The translations under genes were made by a program, and so were the position numbers. DNA of 64,000 bases from Dehalococcoidia bacterium (GTDB lineage Bacteria > Chloroflexota > Dehalococcoidia > Lucifugimonadales > JADFKI01): the NCBI GenBank assembly GCA_965243355.1, contig OZ251547.1:1815475-1879474 (forward strand), read 5' to 3'. Positions 19,107-28,525 of the stretch are shown piece by piece; the stretch's first letter is position 1; every line of letters begins with the position of its first letter. A model generated the notes under the pieces. The model was not told the origin of the DNA. It did not search any database and saw only the letters and a list, made by a program, of their open reading frames with translations.

Positions 19107-19982
19107 TTAGTCTTGGGTGGGCAGGGATTGGGCTAGGGCTAGGAGGGCTTGGGCGCGCTTGACTACGGGGACGTCTACGACTTTGCCGTCAAGGGAGGTG
19201 GAGCCGCGGCCGATGCGTTCCGCCTCTTGGAACGCCTCTACGACGCGGCGGGCTTGCTCAAGCTCGGCGGCTGAAGGGGAGAAGGTTTCGTTGATGATGT
19301 CGATTTGCGCGGGGTGGATGGCGAATTTGCCTTTGAATCCGATTTGGCGGGCGGACTGGGCGTTGCGGCGGAGGCCGTCGGGGTCGCGGAAGCTGAAGTA
19401 GGGGGTGTCTAGGGCGAGGACGTTGGCGGCGCGGGCGGCTATGGCTATGGCGCTGCGGGCGTAGGCGGTTTCGGATTCGTCTTCGGCGCGCTCTATGCCC
19501 ATATCGTTGGTGAAGTCTTCAGCGCCGAAAGCGGCGCCGATTATGCGGGGGGATGCGGCGCATATGGCGTAGGCGTTGACGATTGCTTGGGCAGTTTCTA
19601 TCCAGGGGAGCAGTTTGGTGTTGCCGATTTCCAGGCCGGCTTTGCGCTCTAGGGCGTCTAGCTTGGTGGATATGAGGGCTATGTCGGCGGGGGAGTTTAT
19701 TTTGCCGACTGATACGCCGTAGATGCGGGGGCCGACTACGGCGGCGAGGTCGTGGTCAAGTAGGCCGGTGTCTAGGGAGTTTAGGCGGGGGATGACGGCG
19801 ACGCCGTTGGCTGACAGGCGGTCTAGGCGGCCGGCGGTGATTGCGCGGGCGTTTGCTTTTTCGGCGTCGGGGACTGAGTCTTCCATGTCGGGTATGAAGG
19901 CGTCGGGGGTTAGGCGGCTTGCGCGGTCTAGCATACGGGGTTGGTTGCCGGGGACGAATAGCAGACTTCTTAGGGCGCTCAT
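19107..19982 (-). CDS. HpcH/HpaI aldolase / citrate lyase beta (CitE)-like, possible (S)-citramalyl/malyl-CoA lyase
   Basis: LFVPGNQPRML and DMEDSV motifs. GGAGAG RBS favours ATG 19982 over 19994. Confidence 0.75.
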   Translation of the reverse strand: MSALRSLLFVPGNQPRMLDRASRLTPDAFIPDMEDSVPDAEKANARAITAGRLDRLSANGVAVIPRLNSLDTGLLDHDLAAVVGPRIYGVSVGKINSPADIALISTKLDALERKAGLEIGNTKLLPWIETAQAIVNAYAICAASPRIIGAAFGAEDFTNDMGIERAEDESETAYARSAIAIAARAANVLALDTPYFSFRDPDGLRRNAQSARQIGFKGKFAIHPAQIDIINETFSPSAAELEQARRVVEAFQEAERIGRGSTSLDGKVVDVPVVKRAQALLALAQSLPTQD

Positions 19983-20108
19983 AGTTCTCTCCATTGTTGT
20001 GTTAGGGGGAATGTGGTGGGTAAGAGTATATCACGCCGCCGTAGCAAGGCTTGTGGTATTATTGGCTGTGGCAGATAAGGGAGTGGGTTTGACGGGGGGC
20101 TGGGGGAC

Positions 20109-20150
20109 GCTACTTTTTTCTAAAAAGTAGGCAAAAACTTTTGAGTGGGT
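20109..20150 (+). repeat. AT-rich dyad element, copy 4
   Basis: gctacttttttctaaaaagtaggcaaaaacttttgagtgggt. Lies in the divergent spacer 19982(-)/20200(+). Confidence 0.9.
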
Positions 20151-20199
20151 GGCCGCAGGACGAGTTTAGCGGATGGTTAATCGGTAGGATTAAAACGCA

Positions 20200-20976
20200 A
20201 TGAATCAGATACCGCGTGTAGAGATTATTGGGGTGACCGGGTTGCCGGAGATGACGGGCGGGGAGCGGCTTGGGGGGATGATAGCGGGGGCGGCTAGGGC
20301 GCAGGGGACGGCGCTGGAGGATGGGGATGTTGTGGTGGTTACGCAGAAGATTGTGTCTAAGGCGGAGGGTCGGCTGGTGGATCTGGGCAACGTGCGGCCG
20401 TCGGCGCTGGCGCGGCATTTCGCGGAGGCGACGGGCAAGGATGCGCGGCTGGTGGAGCTGGTGCTGCGAGAGAGCAGGGCGGTGGTTCGGATGGATACGG
20501 ATCGGGGGATTATCATATCCGAAACTAGGCATGGGTTTGTGTGCGCCAACGCGGGGATTGACGCCTCTAATGTGCCGGGGGATGATGTGGTGTGCCTGCT
20601 GCCGGAGGATTCGGACGCGTCGGCGCGGCGCATTAGGGCCGAGATAGCGCGGGCGGAGGGCGGAGGGGCGGATGTTGCGGTGATAGTGTCGGATACATTC
20701 GGGCGGGCTTGGCGTGAGGGGCATGCGAATTTCGCTATCGGCGTGGCGGGAATGAATCCGATGGTGGACTATCGGGGGACACAGGACGCGCAGGGGGTTG
20801 AGCTGAAGGTTACGACTATCGCGGCGGCGGACGAGCTGGCGGCGGCGGCGGAGCTGGTTACGGCGAAGGCGATACAGGTGCCGGTTGCTATCGTGCGGGG
20901 GTATGGGTTTTTGCCGGACGACGGGATTGGGGCGGCGGCGCTGGTGCGGGATAGGGCGCGGGATATGTTTCGCTGA
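20200..20976 (+). CDS. cofE: Coenzyme F420-0:L-glutamate ligase
   Basis: VVVVTQKIVSKAEGR and HGFVCANAGIDASN motifs, 258 aa. Confidence 0.8.
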   Translation: MNQIPRVEIIGVTGLPEMTGGERLGGMIAGAARAQGTALEDGDVVVVTQKIVSKAEGRLVDLGNVRPSALARHFAEATGKDARLVELVLRESRAVVRMDTDRGIIISETRHGFVCANAGIDASNVPGDDVVCLLPEDSDASARRIRAEIARAEGGGADVAVIVSDTFGRAWREGHANFAIGVAGMNPMVDYRGTQDAQGVELKVTTIAAADELAAAAELVTAKAIQVPVAIVRGYGFLPDDGIGAAALVRDRARDMFR

Positions 20977-21117
20977 TACACGGGTAGTGCGCGGCTACGG
21001 CGTGGTTAAGATGCGGGCGGCGCTTTGGGGGCTATGGGCGATTGAGGCTCACATCTGACACCAGCCTGGCGCGGCGTGGGCGACGCTCGAGGCGGTTTCG
21101 CGGGGGCTAGGTGGGGG

Positions 21118-21786
21118 CTAGATGGGCCAGTCTTCTTGGCGCCAGGCGGCGTCCCAAAACATGTACTCGTGGCGGCTGCTGGTGATGAAGGCTTGCTGCA
21201 TGCGGGCGAGTTCGTCGGGGCCGCAGGTTGGGGCGGTTCTGTCAATGAAGGAGCGCAGCCAGTCGGCTAGGGCGGCGAATTCGGGGGAGGCGTACATCTG
21301 TATCCAGCGGGCGTATAGGGGCTGCGAGGTTGGGATGCCGCGGTCTTGGAGCATTTTGCCGATTTCGGCGTAGCCCCAGGCGCAAGGGAGGATTGCCGTG
21401 GCTATCTCGCCGATGTTGCCGGTGAAGGCTGTTTGGAGCATGTGGCGGGTGTAGGCGGCGGTTGCGGGCGAGGGTTGGGTGGATTTCAGCCGCTGTTCGG
21501 TGATGCCGAACTCTTGGCAGAAGCCGGTGTGCAGCGCCATTTCGGTGTTGAGGGTTTCGTGGAGCAGCATTGCGAACCAGCCCATGTCGTCGACGTCGGG
21601 GGCTTTGGTTACGGCTAGGGCTAGTACGCGGCAGTAGTCAATTAGGAATATGTAGTCTTGGCGCATATAGTAGCGGAATTTGTCCAGGTCAAGACTGCCG
21701 TCGCCTATGCCGGTTACGAATGGGTGGCTGTGTTCGGTGTCCCAGATGTGGGCGGCTTTGCGCCGGAGGTCGTTGGAAAAGCCCAT
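21118..21786 (-). CDS. tenA: Thiaminase II / aminopyrimidine aminohydrolase (TenA family)
   Basis: HPFVTGIGDGSLDLDKFRYYMRQDYIFL is a typical TenA N-terminus. Confidence 0.8.
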   Translation of the reverse strand: MGFSNDLRRKAAHIWDTEHSHPFVTGIGDGSLDLDKFRYYMRQDYIFLIDYCRVLALAVTKAPDVDDMGWFAMLLHETLNTEMALHTGFCQEFGITEQRLKSTQPSPATAAYTRHMLQTAFTGNIGEIATAILPCAWGYAEIGKMLQDRGIPTSQPLYARWIQMYASPEFAALADWLRSFIDRTAPTCGPDELARMQQAFITSSRHEYMFWDAAWRQEDWPI

Positions 21787-21841
21787 ATTGGTTTATCCTT
21801 GTCTTTGTGATTTAGGCGTGTTTGGATTGCGTGGTGGGCGG

Positions 21842-22216
21842 TTACTCTGCGCGTTGGACGAGTACGGGCGCGCCAGGTGGGACTGATTTGAGGGCGGTGG
21901 CGTCACCCTGTATTGCGCCGAGGACGTTGACGGGGCTGGCGGGGCGGATCTCGTCGGCGAGGCTGGCGGGGGTTGTGCCGAAGAATAGGCATAGGGCTTG
22001 GCCGGGGGGCCAGTAGGCTATTGCGCCCATATCTACCACTTCTACGGCGTCGTGTTCGTGGGCTTGGACGGGGATGCTGAAGTAGATTTCGTCGCCCCAG
22101 ATGTTGGCTGACGCCTCGATGGGAAGGGCGTTCCAGATTTGGGTTGCGGTGGGGGTTTCGTTTAGGGCGGCGGTTAGGTGGATGTCGCCGGCGGTTATTG
22201 CGATTTGTCGTGTCAT
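21842..22216 (-). CDS. Cyclophilin-like fold protein (TM1367-like)
   Basis: 124 aa. The pattern AITAGDIHLTAALNETPTA..IWNALP resembles the cyclophilin-like family as I recall it. Confidence 0.5.
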   Translation of the reverse strand: MTRQIAITAGDIHLTAALNETPTATQIWNALPIEASANIWGDEIYFSIPVQAHEHDAVEVVDMGAIAYWPPGQALCLFFGTTPASLADEIRPASPVNVLGAIQGDATALKSVPPGAPVLVQRAE

Positions 22217-22323
22217 GCGCGCCTCTCGTGTTGTTGATTGGATTAGCCGAGATTGCCGATTGCGGGTATTATTATAACCGATTAGATGGTTGTATCGCGT
22301 ATGATTTAAGGGAAAGCGGGGAT

Positions 22324-22366
22324 GCTACTTTTTTGGAAAAAAGTAGCCAAAAAACTTTTGAGTGGG
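22324..22366 (+). repeat. AT-rich dyad element, copy 5
   Basis: gctacttttttggaaaaaagtagccaaaaaacttttgagtggg. Lies in the divergent spacer 22216(-)/22491(+). Confidence 0.9.
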
Positions 22367-22490
22367 TTGCCGCAAGGTGGGTTTTAGCGGATGGGGCGGG
22401 CTTGGGCGGATGCCGATTTTTGGGGCGCGGCTTGACATTGGGGGCGCAATTGTGGCTAATGGGGGTAGCGATAACGGGAGGAGGGTAATT

Positions 22491-23996
22491 ATGGCGCAAT
22501 CGGGGTACATACTGGCGGTGGATCAGGGGACTACGGGGACTACGGCGATGCTTGTGGATGGGGCGGGCGGCGTGGTTTGGCAGGCGTATCAGGAGATTAC
22601 GCAGATATATCCGCGGCCGGGGTGGGTTGAGCATAGCCCGGATGAGATATTTCAGTCGTGCGTGAATGTGATTGACGAGCTGCTGGAGGAGACTGAGATT
22701 AGCCCGCGTCAGATAGCGGCGATTGGGATTACGAATCAGCGCGAGACTACGATAGTTTGGGAGCGGGCTACGGGCAAGGCCGTGCATAACGCGATTGTGT
22801 GGCAGTGCCGGCGCACGGCGGGGATTTGCGACGAGCTGAAGGCGATGGGGCTGGAGGAGGCGATAAGGGCTAAGACTGGGTTGCCGATAGACGCATATTT
22901 CTCGGCGACTAAGATACGCTGGCTGCTGGATAATATCCCGGACGGGCAGCGCAGGGCTGATGCGGGAGAATTGGCGTTTGGGACGGTGGATAGCTGGCTG
23001 CTTTGGAATTTCACGAATGGGACGCTGCACGCCACCGATGTTAGCAATGCGTCTTGCACAATGCTGTACAACATTGGCGCGTTGGAGTGGGACGCGGATA
23101 TTTTGGGGGCGTTGAACATACCGGCGGCTGTGCTGCCTGACGCGCTGCCGTCTAGCGGCGTGTTCGGCTATACGGGGGGCAATTTTTTTGGGGGGCAGGC
23201 GATTCCGATAGCGGGGGTTGCGGGGGATCAGCAGGCGGCGCTGTTTGGGCAGGGCTGCTTTGGGGCGGGGATGGTTAAGAATACGTACGGGACTGGCAGT
23301 TTCGTGCTGATGAACACGGGCGGGGAGCGGGTCGCATCACGGCATAATCTGATGTCCACGATAGCTTGGGGGATTGGGGATGAGGTTACTTATGCGCTGG
23401 AGGGCAGCATATTTTCTACAGGGGCGACGGTGCAGTGGCTGCGGGATGGTCTTGGCGTGATAGAGCGAGCGGCGGATGTGGAGGGACTGGCGGCAAGCGT
23501 AGGGGATAATGGGGGCGCGTATATCGTGCCTGCGTTCACGGGGCTTGCCGCGCCGTACTGGGATATGTACGCGCGGGGGGCGATTGTGGGCATAACGCGA
23601 GGGACTACGGCGGCGCACATCGCGCGGGCGGCGCTGGAGTCGACGGCGTATCAGACAACCGACGTGGTGTATGCAATGGTTAAGGACACGGGGCTGAAGC
23701 CGGGCGCGATGCGGGTTGACGGCGGGGGCAGCGCGAATGATCTGCTGATGCAGTTTCAGGCGGATATGCTGGGGATGCCGGTGGAGCGGCCGGTGGTGGT
23801 TGAGACCACTGCGCTTGGGGCGGCGTATCTGGCGGGGCTTGGCGTTGGGTTTTGGCGGGATACGGCGGCAATCGCGGGGCAGTGGGCGCTGGATCGGCGG
23901 TATGAGCCGCTGATGGCGCAGGCGGAGGCTGAGGGGCTGTACGCGGACTGGCTGCGGGCTGTGGAGCGGGCTAGGGGGTGGGCGCGGGATGGGTAG
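22491..23996 (+). CDS. glpK: Glycerol kinase
   Basis: [20 protein letters not shown] and [10 protein letters not shown] motifs. GGAGGAGGG RBS before ATG 22491. The upstream part of the track ORF covers the repeat and is not coding. Confidence 0.93.
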   Translation: MAQSGYILAVDQGTTGTTAMLVDGAGGVVWQAYQEITQIYPRPGWVEHSPDEIFQSCVNVIDELLEETEISPRQIAAIGITNQRETTIVWERATGKAVHNAIVWQCRRTAGICDELKAMGLEEAIRAKTGLPIDAYFSATKIRWLLDNIPDGQRRADAGELAFGTVDSWLLWNFTNGTLHATDVSNASCTMLYNIGALEWDADILGALNIPAAVLPDALPSSGVFGYTGGNFFGGQAIPIAGVAGDQQAALFGQGCFGAGMVKNTYGTGSFVLMNTGGERVASRHNLMSTIAWGIGDEVTYALEGSIFSTGATVQWLRDGLGVIERAADVEGLAASVGDNGGAYIVPAFTGLAAPYWDMYARGAIVGITRGTTAAHIARAALESTAYQTTDVVYAMVKDTGLKPGAMRVDGGGSANDLLMQFQADMLGMPVERPVVVETTALGAAYLAGLGVGFWRDTAAIAGQWALDRRYEPLMAQAEAEGLYADWLRAVERARGWARDG

Positions 23997-24138
23997 GTCA
24001 TCATCGCGGCGGACTGGCAAGCGCGGTTCGCTAATGGGTGGACGGGCGAAGGGCAGGCGGGCGATTGCGCGGGATTGCGACAGAATGGTGATATAGTCTA
24101 GCGGGAACTAACGAAAGATAAGATAGAGGAGAAAGACA

Positions 24139-25191
24139 ATGCCGACAATACAAGCCGAAAGGTTGCGGGGGATAGCGGCGGCGCTGCTGATGGGGGCGGG
24201 CGCGAGCGAAGAGGAGGCGGCGATAGTGTCCAAGCACTCCATCGGGGCGAATTTGGCGGGGCATGATTCGCATGGGATCATACAGATCCCGACGTACATA
24301 GACAGGGTCAAGCGGGGGCATATCGTTCCGGGGGCTGCGTTTGACATTATCCGCGAGTCGTCCACTACGACGGTGATAGACGGGAACTGGGGGTTTGGCT
24401 ACGCGGTGTCTGAGCGGGCTATGAGCATCACGATAGACAAGGCTAAGCGGCACAGCGTCGCGGCGGCGACGGTGTTTAGGCAGAGCCACGTGGGGCGGGT
24501 CGCGGACTATCCGCTGATGGCGGCGCAAGAGGGGATGATTGGGGTTATGACGGCGGACTCCGGGCGGTCGTCCAAGGGGGTTGTGCCGTTTGGGGGGCGC
24601 GAGCCGCGCTTGGGGACTAATCCGATTTGCATCGCTATGCCGAGCGATCTGGAGGGGCCGATGTTCATAGATATGGCTACCAGCGCTGTGGCGGCGGGCA
24701 AGCTTGGGGTGGCGTCGGCAAGGGGGGCGTCGGTGCCGGAGGGTTGGATCATAGACAAGGACGGCAATCCGTCAACGGATCCTAGCGATCTGCGAAACGG
24801 GGGGGCTGTGCTGCCGCTGGGGGGGCCTGAGGGACACAAGGGCTACGGGCTGTCGGTGATGGTGGAGATATTCTCGGGGATACTCACGGGGCTTGGGTTT
24901 GGGCATGACCCGTCGGGGCGGCACAACGACGGCTGCTTTATGGCGGCGTTCAATGTGGAGGCGTTCCGGCCGCTTGACGAATTCAAGCGTGAGGTGACCG
25001 AATTCGCGGAGTATCTGAAAAGCACGCCGCCGGCGGCGGGGTTCACGGAGGTGTTCTATCCGGGGGAGCTGGAGCATCTGAAGGAGCGGCAGCTGCTGGA
25101 GGAGGGCATATCGGTGGAGGACGCGACGTGGGATGCGCTGCGGGGGCTGGCGGCTGAGTACGGGCTGGCCGATGCGCTAGATATGGGCTAG
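24139..25191 (+). CDS. Ldh_2 family (malate/L-lactate/ureidoglycolate-type) dehydrogenase
   Basis: HDSHGI and GGPEGHKGYGLS motifs, 350 aa. Confidence 0.75.
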   Translation: MPTIQAERLRGIAAALLMGAGASEEEAAIVSKHSIGANLAGHDSHGIIQIPTYIDRVKRGHIVPGAAFDIIRESSTTTVIDGNWGFGYAVSERAMSITIDKAKRHSVAAATVFRQSHVGRVADYPLMAAQEGMIGVMTADSGRSSKGVVPFGGREPRLGTNPICIAMPSDLEGPMFIDMATSAVAAGKLGVASARGASVPEGWIIDKDGNPSTDPSDLRNGGAVLPLGGPEGHKGYGLSVMVEIFSGILTGLGFGHDPSGRHNDGCFMAAFNVEAFRPLDEFKREVTEFAEYLKSTPPAAGFTEVFYPGELEHLKERQLLEEGISVEDATWDALRGLAAEYGLADALDMG

Positions 25192-27743
25192 GCTTGGGCG
25201 GCGGCGTATAGCGCGTTGAAGAGGATCTTGTATGTGCCTCTCGCTTGGGCGCGAAAGTGGGGGCGAAAGGCCATCAGGACTACTTCGCCTTTGCCGACGG
25301 GGACGGTGGCTAGTGCGGCGCGGTTGTAGAGGCGCTCGGGGCCTATGAGCAAGCCGCTGAAGAGGGGGTTTCGCAGGGGGAATTTGCCCACGACTCTGCC
25401 GCGCCGAATGTCAAAGGCGGGGCCGTCGTAGAACATCGCGGCGGCGAGCTGGGGCATGCCGTAGGCGAGCGGGTGGGCGGCGTCAAGCAGGGTGGCAAGG
25501 AGGCTGCCGGGCGCGTAGAACTCGGAGGGGGATAGGCCGGCGAGGACGTTTCGGGCGGGCAGATCGAGATGTTGGATGGCGTAGCGGGATGAGCCGTCCC
25601 AGGTTATGAGCGTTCCGCCTTGCTCGGCGAAGCGGCGGAGGGCGGCGGCGCCCTCGTCGCCGAGGCCGCCGGCGTATGCGGGGTGGTAGTAGGACGCGCC
25701 GTGTCCTTTGTGGATTTGGCGGACGCGCTGGTGGGGCAGCAGGATTGCGTCAAAGCGGGCGGCTAGGTCGTCTTGGCGGATGTCTGCGTCGGTTAGCAGC
25801 GCGTAGGGGAAGTTGTACTCGTCCAGGACGTAGCGCGTCCAGCCAAATTCTAGGGCGGGTATGTGGCTTTTGTAGAGGGCGATGCGGGGTTGGCGCAATG
25901 GGGTCAGGCGCGTTTCGGGGGGCGATTGGACGGGGTTTAGCAGCAGGGCGTCGTCGAGGGGGAGGTCGGGGATGAGGGCTAGGGCGTCGTGATGGGTTAC
26001 GAAAGCGCCGCGGCGGTATTGCGCGCCGTCTGCTGTGAAGGGCTGGTCGGCGCGGGATACGGGGATGTTCTCGGCTAGGATGCGGTTGACGACGTATGCG
26101 GCGGCGTTGGATTCGGGGGGGATGACGCAGGCGGTTGCGGGCTGGACTGGGTTGTGCGCGGGCTTAGGATGGATGGCGAATTCGGCTGTGAAGTCGTGGT
26201 CGGCAAGGGGCCTGAGGTCGGCGGCGAATTTGTTTTGGATGGCGTAGGCGTTGACGCCCATTTGGATGGGCAAGCAGTGTGCGGTGACGTCGTAGGGGGC
26301 TTTGGGGGGGCCGCTTGGGTGGGTTCGGATGTCGGGGTATTTGCGCTGTTCCATAAGGGTTTTGGCGTATTGCCAGTAGGGTTGGCCTCTGAGTATGACG
26401 CGGCTGTTGGCGGGGAAGGTTTCGCCGTCGGCGGTGAACGCGGCTGCGGCTTGGCGGATTTCTACGAGGCCGGCGCGGAGGATGGCGAGCAGTTCGGCGG
26501 CGGCGCGGGCGTCGTGCTGCTGGGGCGGGATGATGTAGGCGTAGGGCGGGCTGGCGTCTTGGACGGCGTTTTTGCTGACTTGGTAGAAGTTGCGGACGAG
26601 GGTATCGCGCAGGCGGGCGGCGTGGCTTAGGCAGGCGTAGGCGGCGGCGTGGTCGTAGTCCACTATGTCGCGCAGGCGCCAGGCGCCGCCGCGCCAGGGG
26701 AGGGGGTGGTTCCATGTTCGCTGAGTGGGGGTTTCGCCTCGGTCGGATTGGATGTCGCGCTGGCGGATGTGAACGGGGGTGGCTATGCGGACGCCGGCGG
26801 CCTCGGTAAGCAGGCGGATGCCGGCGTGGTAGTGCTGGTAGGTTCGGTTGGGGCTGTAGGCGTCGTACACGACGTTCATCGCTACGCCGGCTTTGCCTTG
26901 CGCGGTCAGGTCGGCGGCTATGGCGCTGCCGAGCATGGCGATTTGGGCTTGCAGGATGGGGTCGACGTTGGGGCCTACGGGATCCACGAATGGGGGAAGT
27001 ATCATGCGCGAGCCGTTGGCGCGGGTTTGGTGCATATCCAGCAGGATGTGGGGATGCCAGATGTTGAGGCAGCGCTCTACCGCGAGGCGGGTTTCGCGCT
27101 GGGTGAGCATAAACCAGTCGCGGTTGTTGTCGTGGCCGGTGTATTTGTGATATAGGAAGGGGGGCATAACGCCCTCGTAGTTTTCGCCCAGAGTGCTTTC
27201 GTACCAGCGCTTGACTTTGACGAGGCCGTCGGGGTTTAGGCTTGGGATTAGCAGCAGGATGGCGTTGTCTAGGACGCGGCGGACGTCGGGGTCGTCGGAT
27301 GTGGCTAGGCGGTGGGCGAGCAGGGGGGACATTTGGGTAGCGCCGACTTCGGTGGCGTGGATGCTGCAGGTTATGGCGACGATGGCTTTGCCGCGCGGGA
27401 TAAGGCGAGCGGCGTCGGCGTGGGTTAGGGAGCGCGGGTCGGCGAGGCGCTGTTGGATGCGCTGATATTCGGATAGGTTGGCTATGTTTTCGGGGGAGGA
27501 TATGATTGTGAGCAGGAGGGGGTTGTCTTCGGTGGTTCTGCCGAGTTCTATGGTCTTTACGCGGTCGGAGGTTTGGGATAGCAAGGTGAAGTAGTCAACC
27601 AGCTCAGGCCAGTCGGCGAGTTTGCGGTCTTCGCCGGGTTCAAAGCCTAGGTGTTGGGCGGGCGTCGGGATGGAGTCGGGGGCGTTGGCGCTTTCATAGT
27701 TGTTCTTATCGCGGCTTTCGGCGTTGGTCTGAGAATAGGTCAT
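25188..27743 (-). CDS. M14-family zinc carboxypeptidase-like large protein
   Basis: SIHATEVG (HxxE) and SLNPDG motifs in the N-terminal half, 851 aa. The stop overlaps the convergent gene by 4 nt. Confidence 0.65.
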   Translation of the reverse strand: MTYSQTNAESRDKNNYESANAPDSIPTPAQHLGFEPGEDRKLADWPELVDYFTLLSQTSDRVKTIELGRTTEDNPLLLTIISSPENIANLSEYQRIQQRLADPRSLTHADAARLIPRGKAIVAITCSIHATEVGATQMSPLLAHRLATSDDPDVRRVLDNAILLLIPSLNPDGLVKVKRWYESTLGENYEGVMPPFLYHKYTGHDNNRDWFMLTQRETRLAVERCLNIWHPHILLDMHQTRANGSRMILPPFVDPVGPNVDPILQAQIAMLGSAIAADLTAQGKAGVAMNVVYDAYSPNRTYQHYHAGIRLLTEAAGVRIATPVHIRQRDIQSDRGETPTQRTWNHPLPWRGGAWRLRDIVDYDHAAAYACLSHAARLRDTLVRNFYQVSKNAVQDASPPYAYIIPPQQHDARAAAELLAILRAGLVEIRQAAAAFTADGETFPANSRVILRGQPYWQYAKTLMEQRKYPDIRTHPSGPPKAPYDVTAHCLPIQMGVNAYAIQNKFAADLRPLADHDFTAEFAIHPKPAHNPVQPATACVIPPESNAAAYVVNRILAENIPVSRADQPFTADGAQYRRGAFVTHHDALALIPDLPLDDALLLNPVQSPPETRLTPLRQPRIALYKSHIPALEFGWTRYVLDEYNFPYALLTDADIRQDDLAARFDAILLPHQRVRQIHKGHGASYYHPAYAGGLGDEGAAALRRFAEQGGTLITWDGSSRYAIQHLDLPARNVLAGLSPSEFYAPGSLLATLLDAAHPLAYGMPQLAAAMFYDGPAFDIRRGRVVGKFPLRNPLFSGLLIGPERLYNRAALATVPVGKGEVVLMAFRPHFRAQARGTYKILFNALYAAAQA

Positions 27744-27861
27744 TCAGGCAATCCCAATTTGGCGGCTACTGCGGTACACTTGACGCAGCGGCGAAAGGTT
27801 CGGCGTTGGGCGGCGCGGTTGGATATGCGCCGCATAATAGGATACATCAAAAGGGGGTTGG

Positions 27862-28338
27862 ATGATGGCAGAAAAGCGATATTGGCTGATGAAGTCGGAG
27901 CCGGGGGCGTACTCGTTTGGCGATCTGATGGGGGAGGAGGATAGCACGGCGGAGTGGGACGGGGTGCGAAATTATCAGGCGCGCAACCTGATGCGGGATG
28001 AGATGAGGTTGGGGGACGGCGTGCTGTTCTATCACTCCAACGCCAAGCCGAGCGCGGTGGTGGGGATCGCGGCGGTCGTGCGGGAGGGCTATCCGGATCA
28101 CACGGCTTGGGAGGCGGGTTCGGAGCATCCCGACCCTAAGAGTACGCCGGATAATCCGATATGGTATATGGTGGACATCAAGGGCGAGGCGGCGTTCAAG
28201 CGCATTGTGCCGCTGCGGGAGATTAAGGCGACGCCGGGGTTGGAGAATATGGCGCTGGTGAAGAATTCGCGGCTGTCGGTGCAGCCGGTAACGGCGGAGG
28301 AGTGGGGGATAGTGGTGGGGTTGGGGATGGGGGAGTGA
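27862..28338 (+). CDS. EVE (PUA-like) domain protein
   Basis: KRYWLMKSEPGAYSFGDL...WDGVRNYQARNLMRDEM..GDGVLFYHSN is a classic EVE signature. Confidence 0.85.
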   Translation: MMAEKRYWLMKSEPGAYSFGDLMGEEDSTAEWDGVRNYQARNLMRDEMRLGDGVLFYHSNAKPSAVVGIAAVVREGYPDHTAWEAGSEHPDPKSTPDNPIWYMVDIKGEAAFKRIVPLREIKATPGLENMALVKNSRLSVQPVTAEEWGIVVGLGMGE

Positions 28339-28525
28339 GGTGGGGAGTGAAAATGGGGGGCAATTCTGGTAAGGTTGCCGGTGATGACATATTCAGGGGG
28401 GCAATGCAAGTGTGATAGCCTGCGCCCGCGCAACGGGGCGGGGCGCCTGCCAATGCAAGAGGCAATAGCTATTTTGGCGTGGGTATGCGCTTGCCCGCTT
28501 GCCCTCAGATCGGGGAGTGATAAGG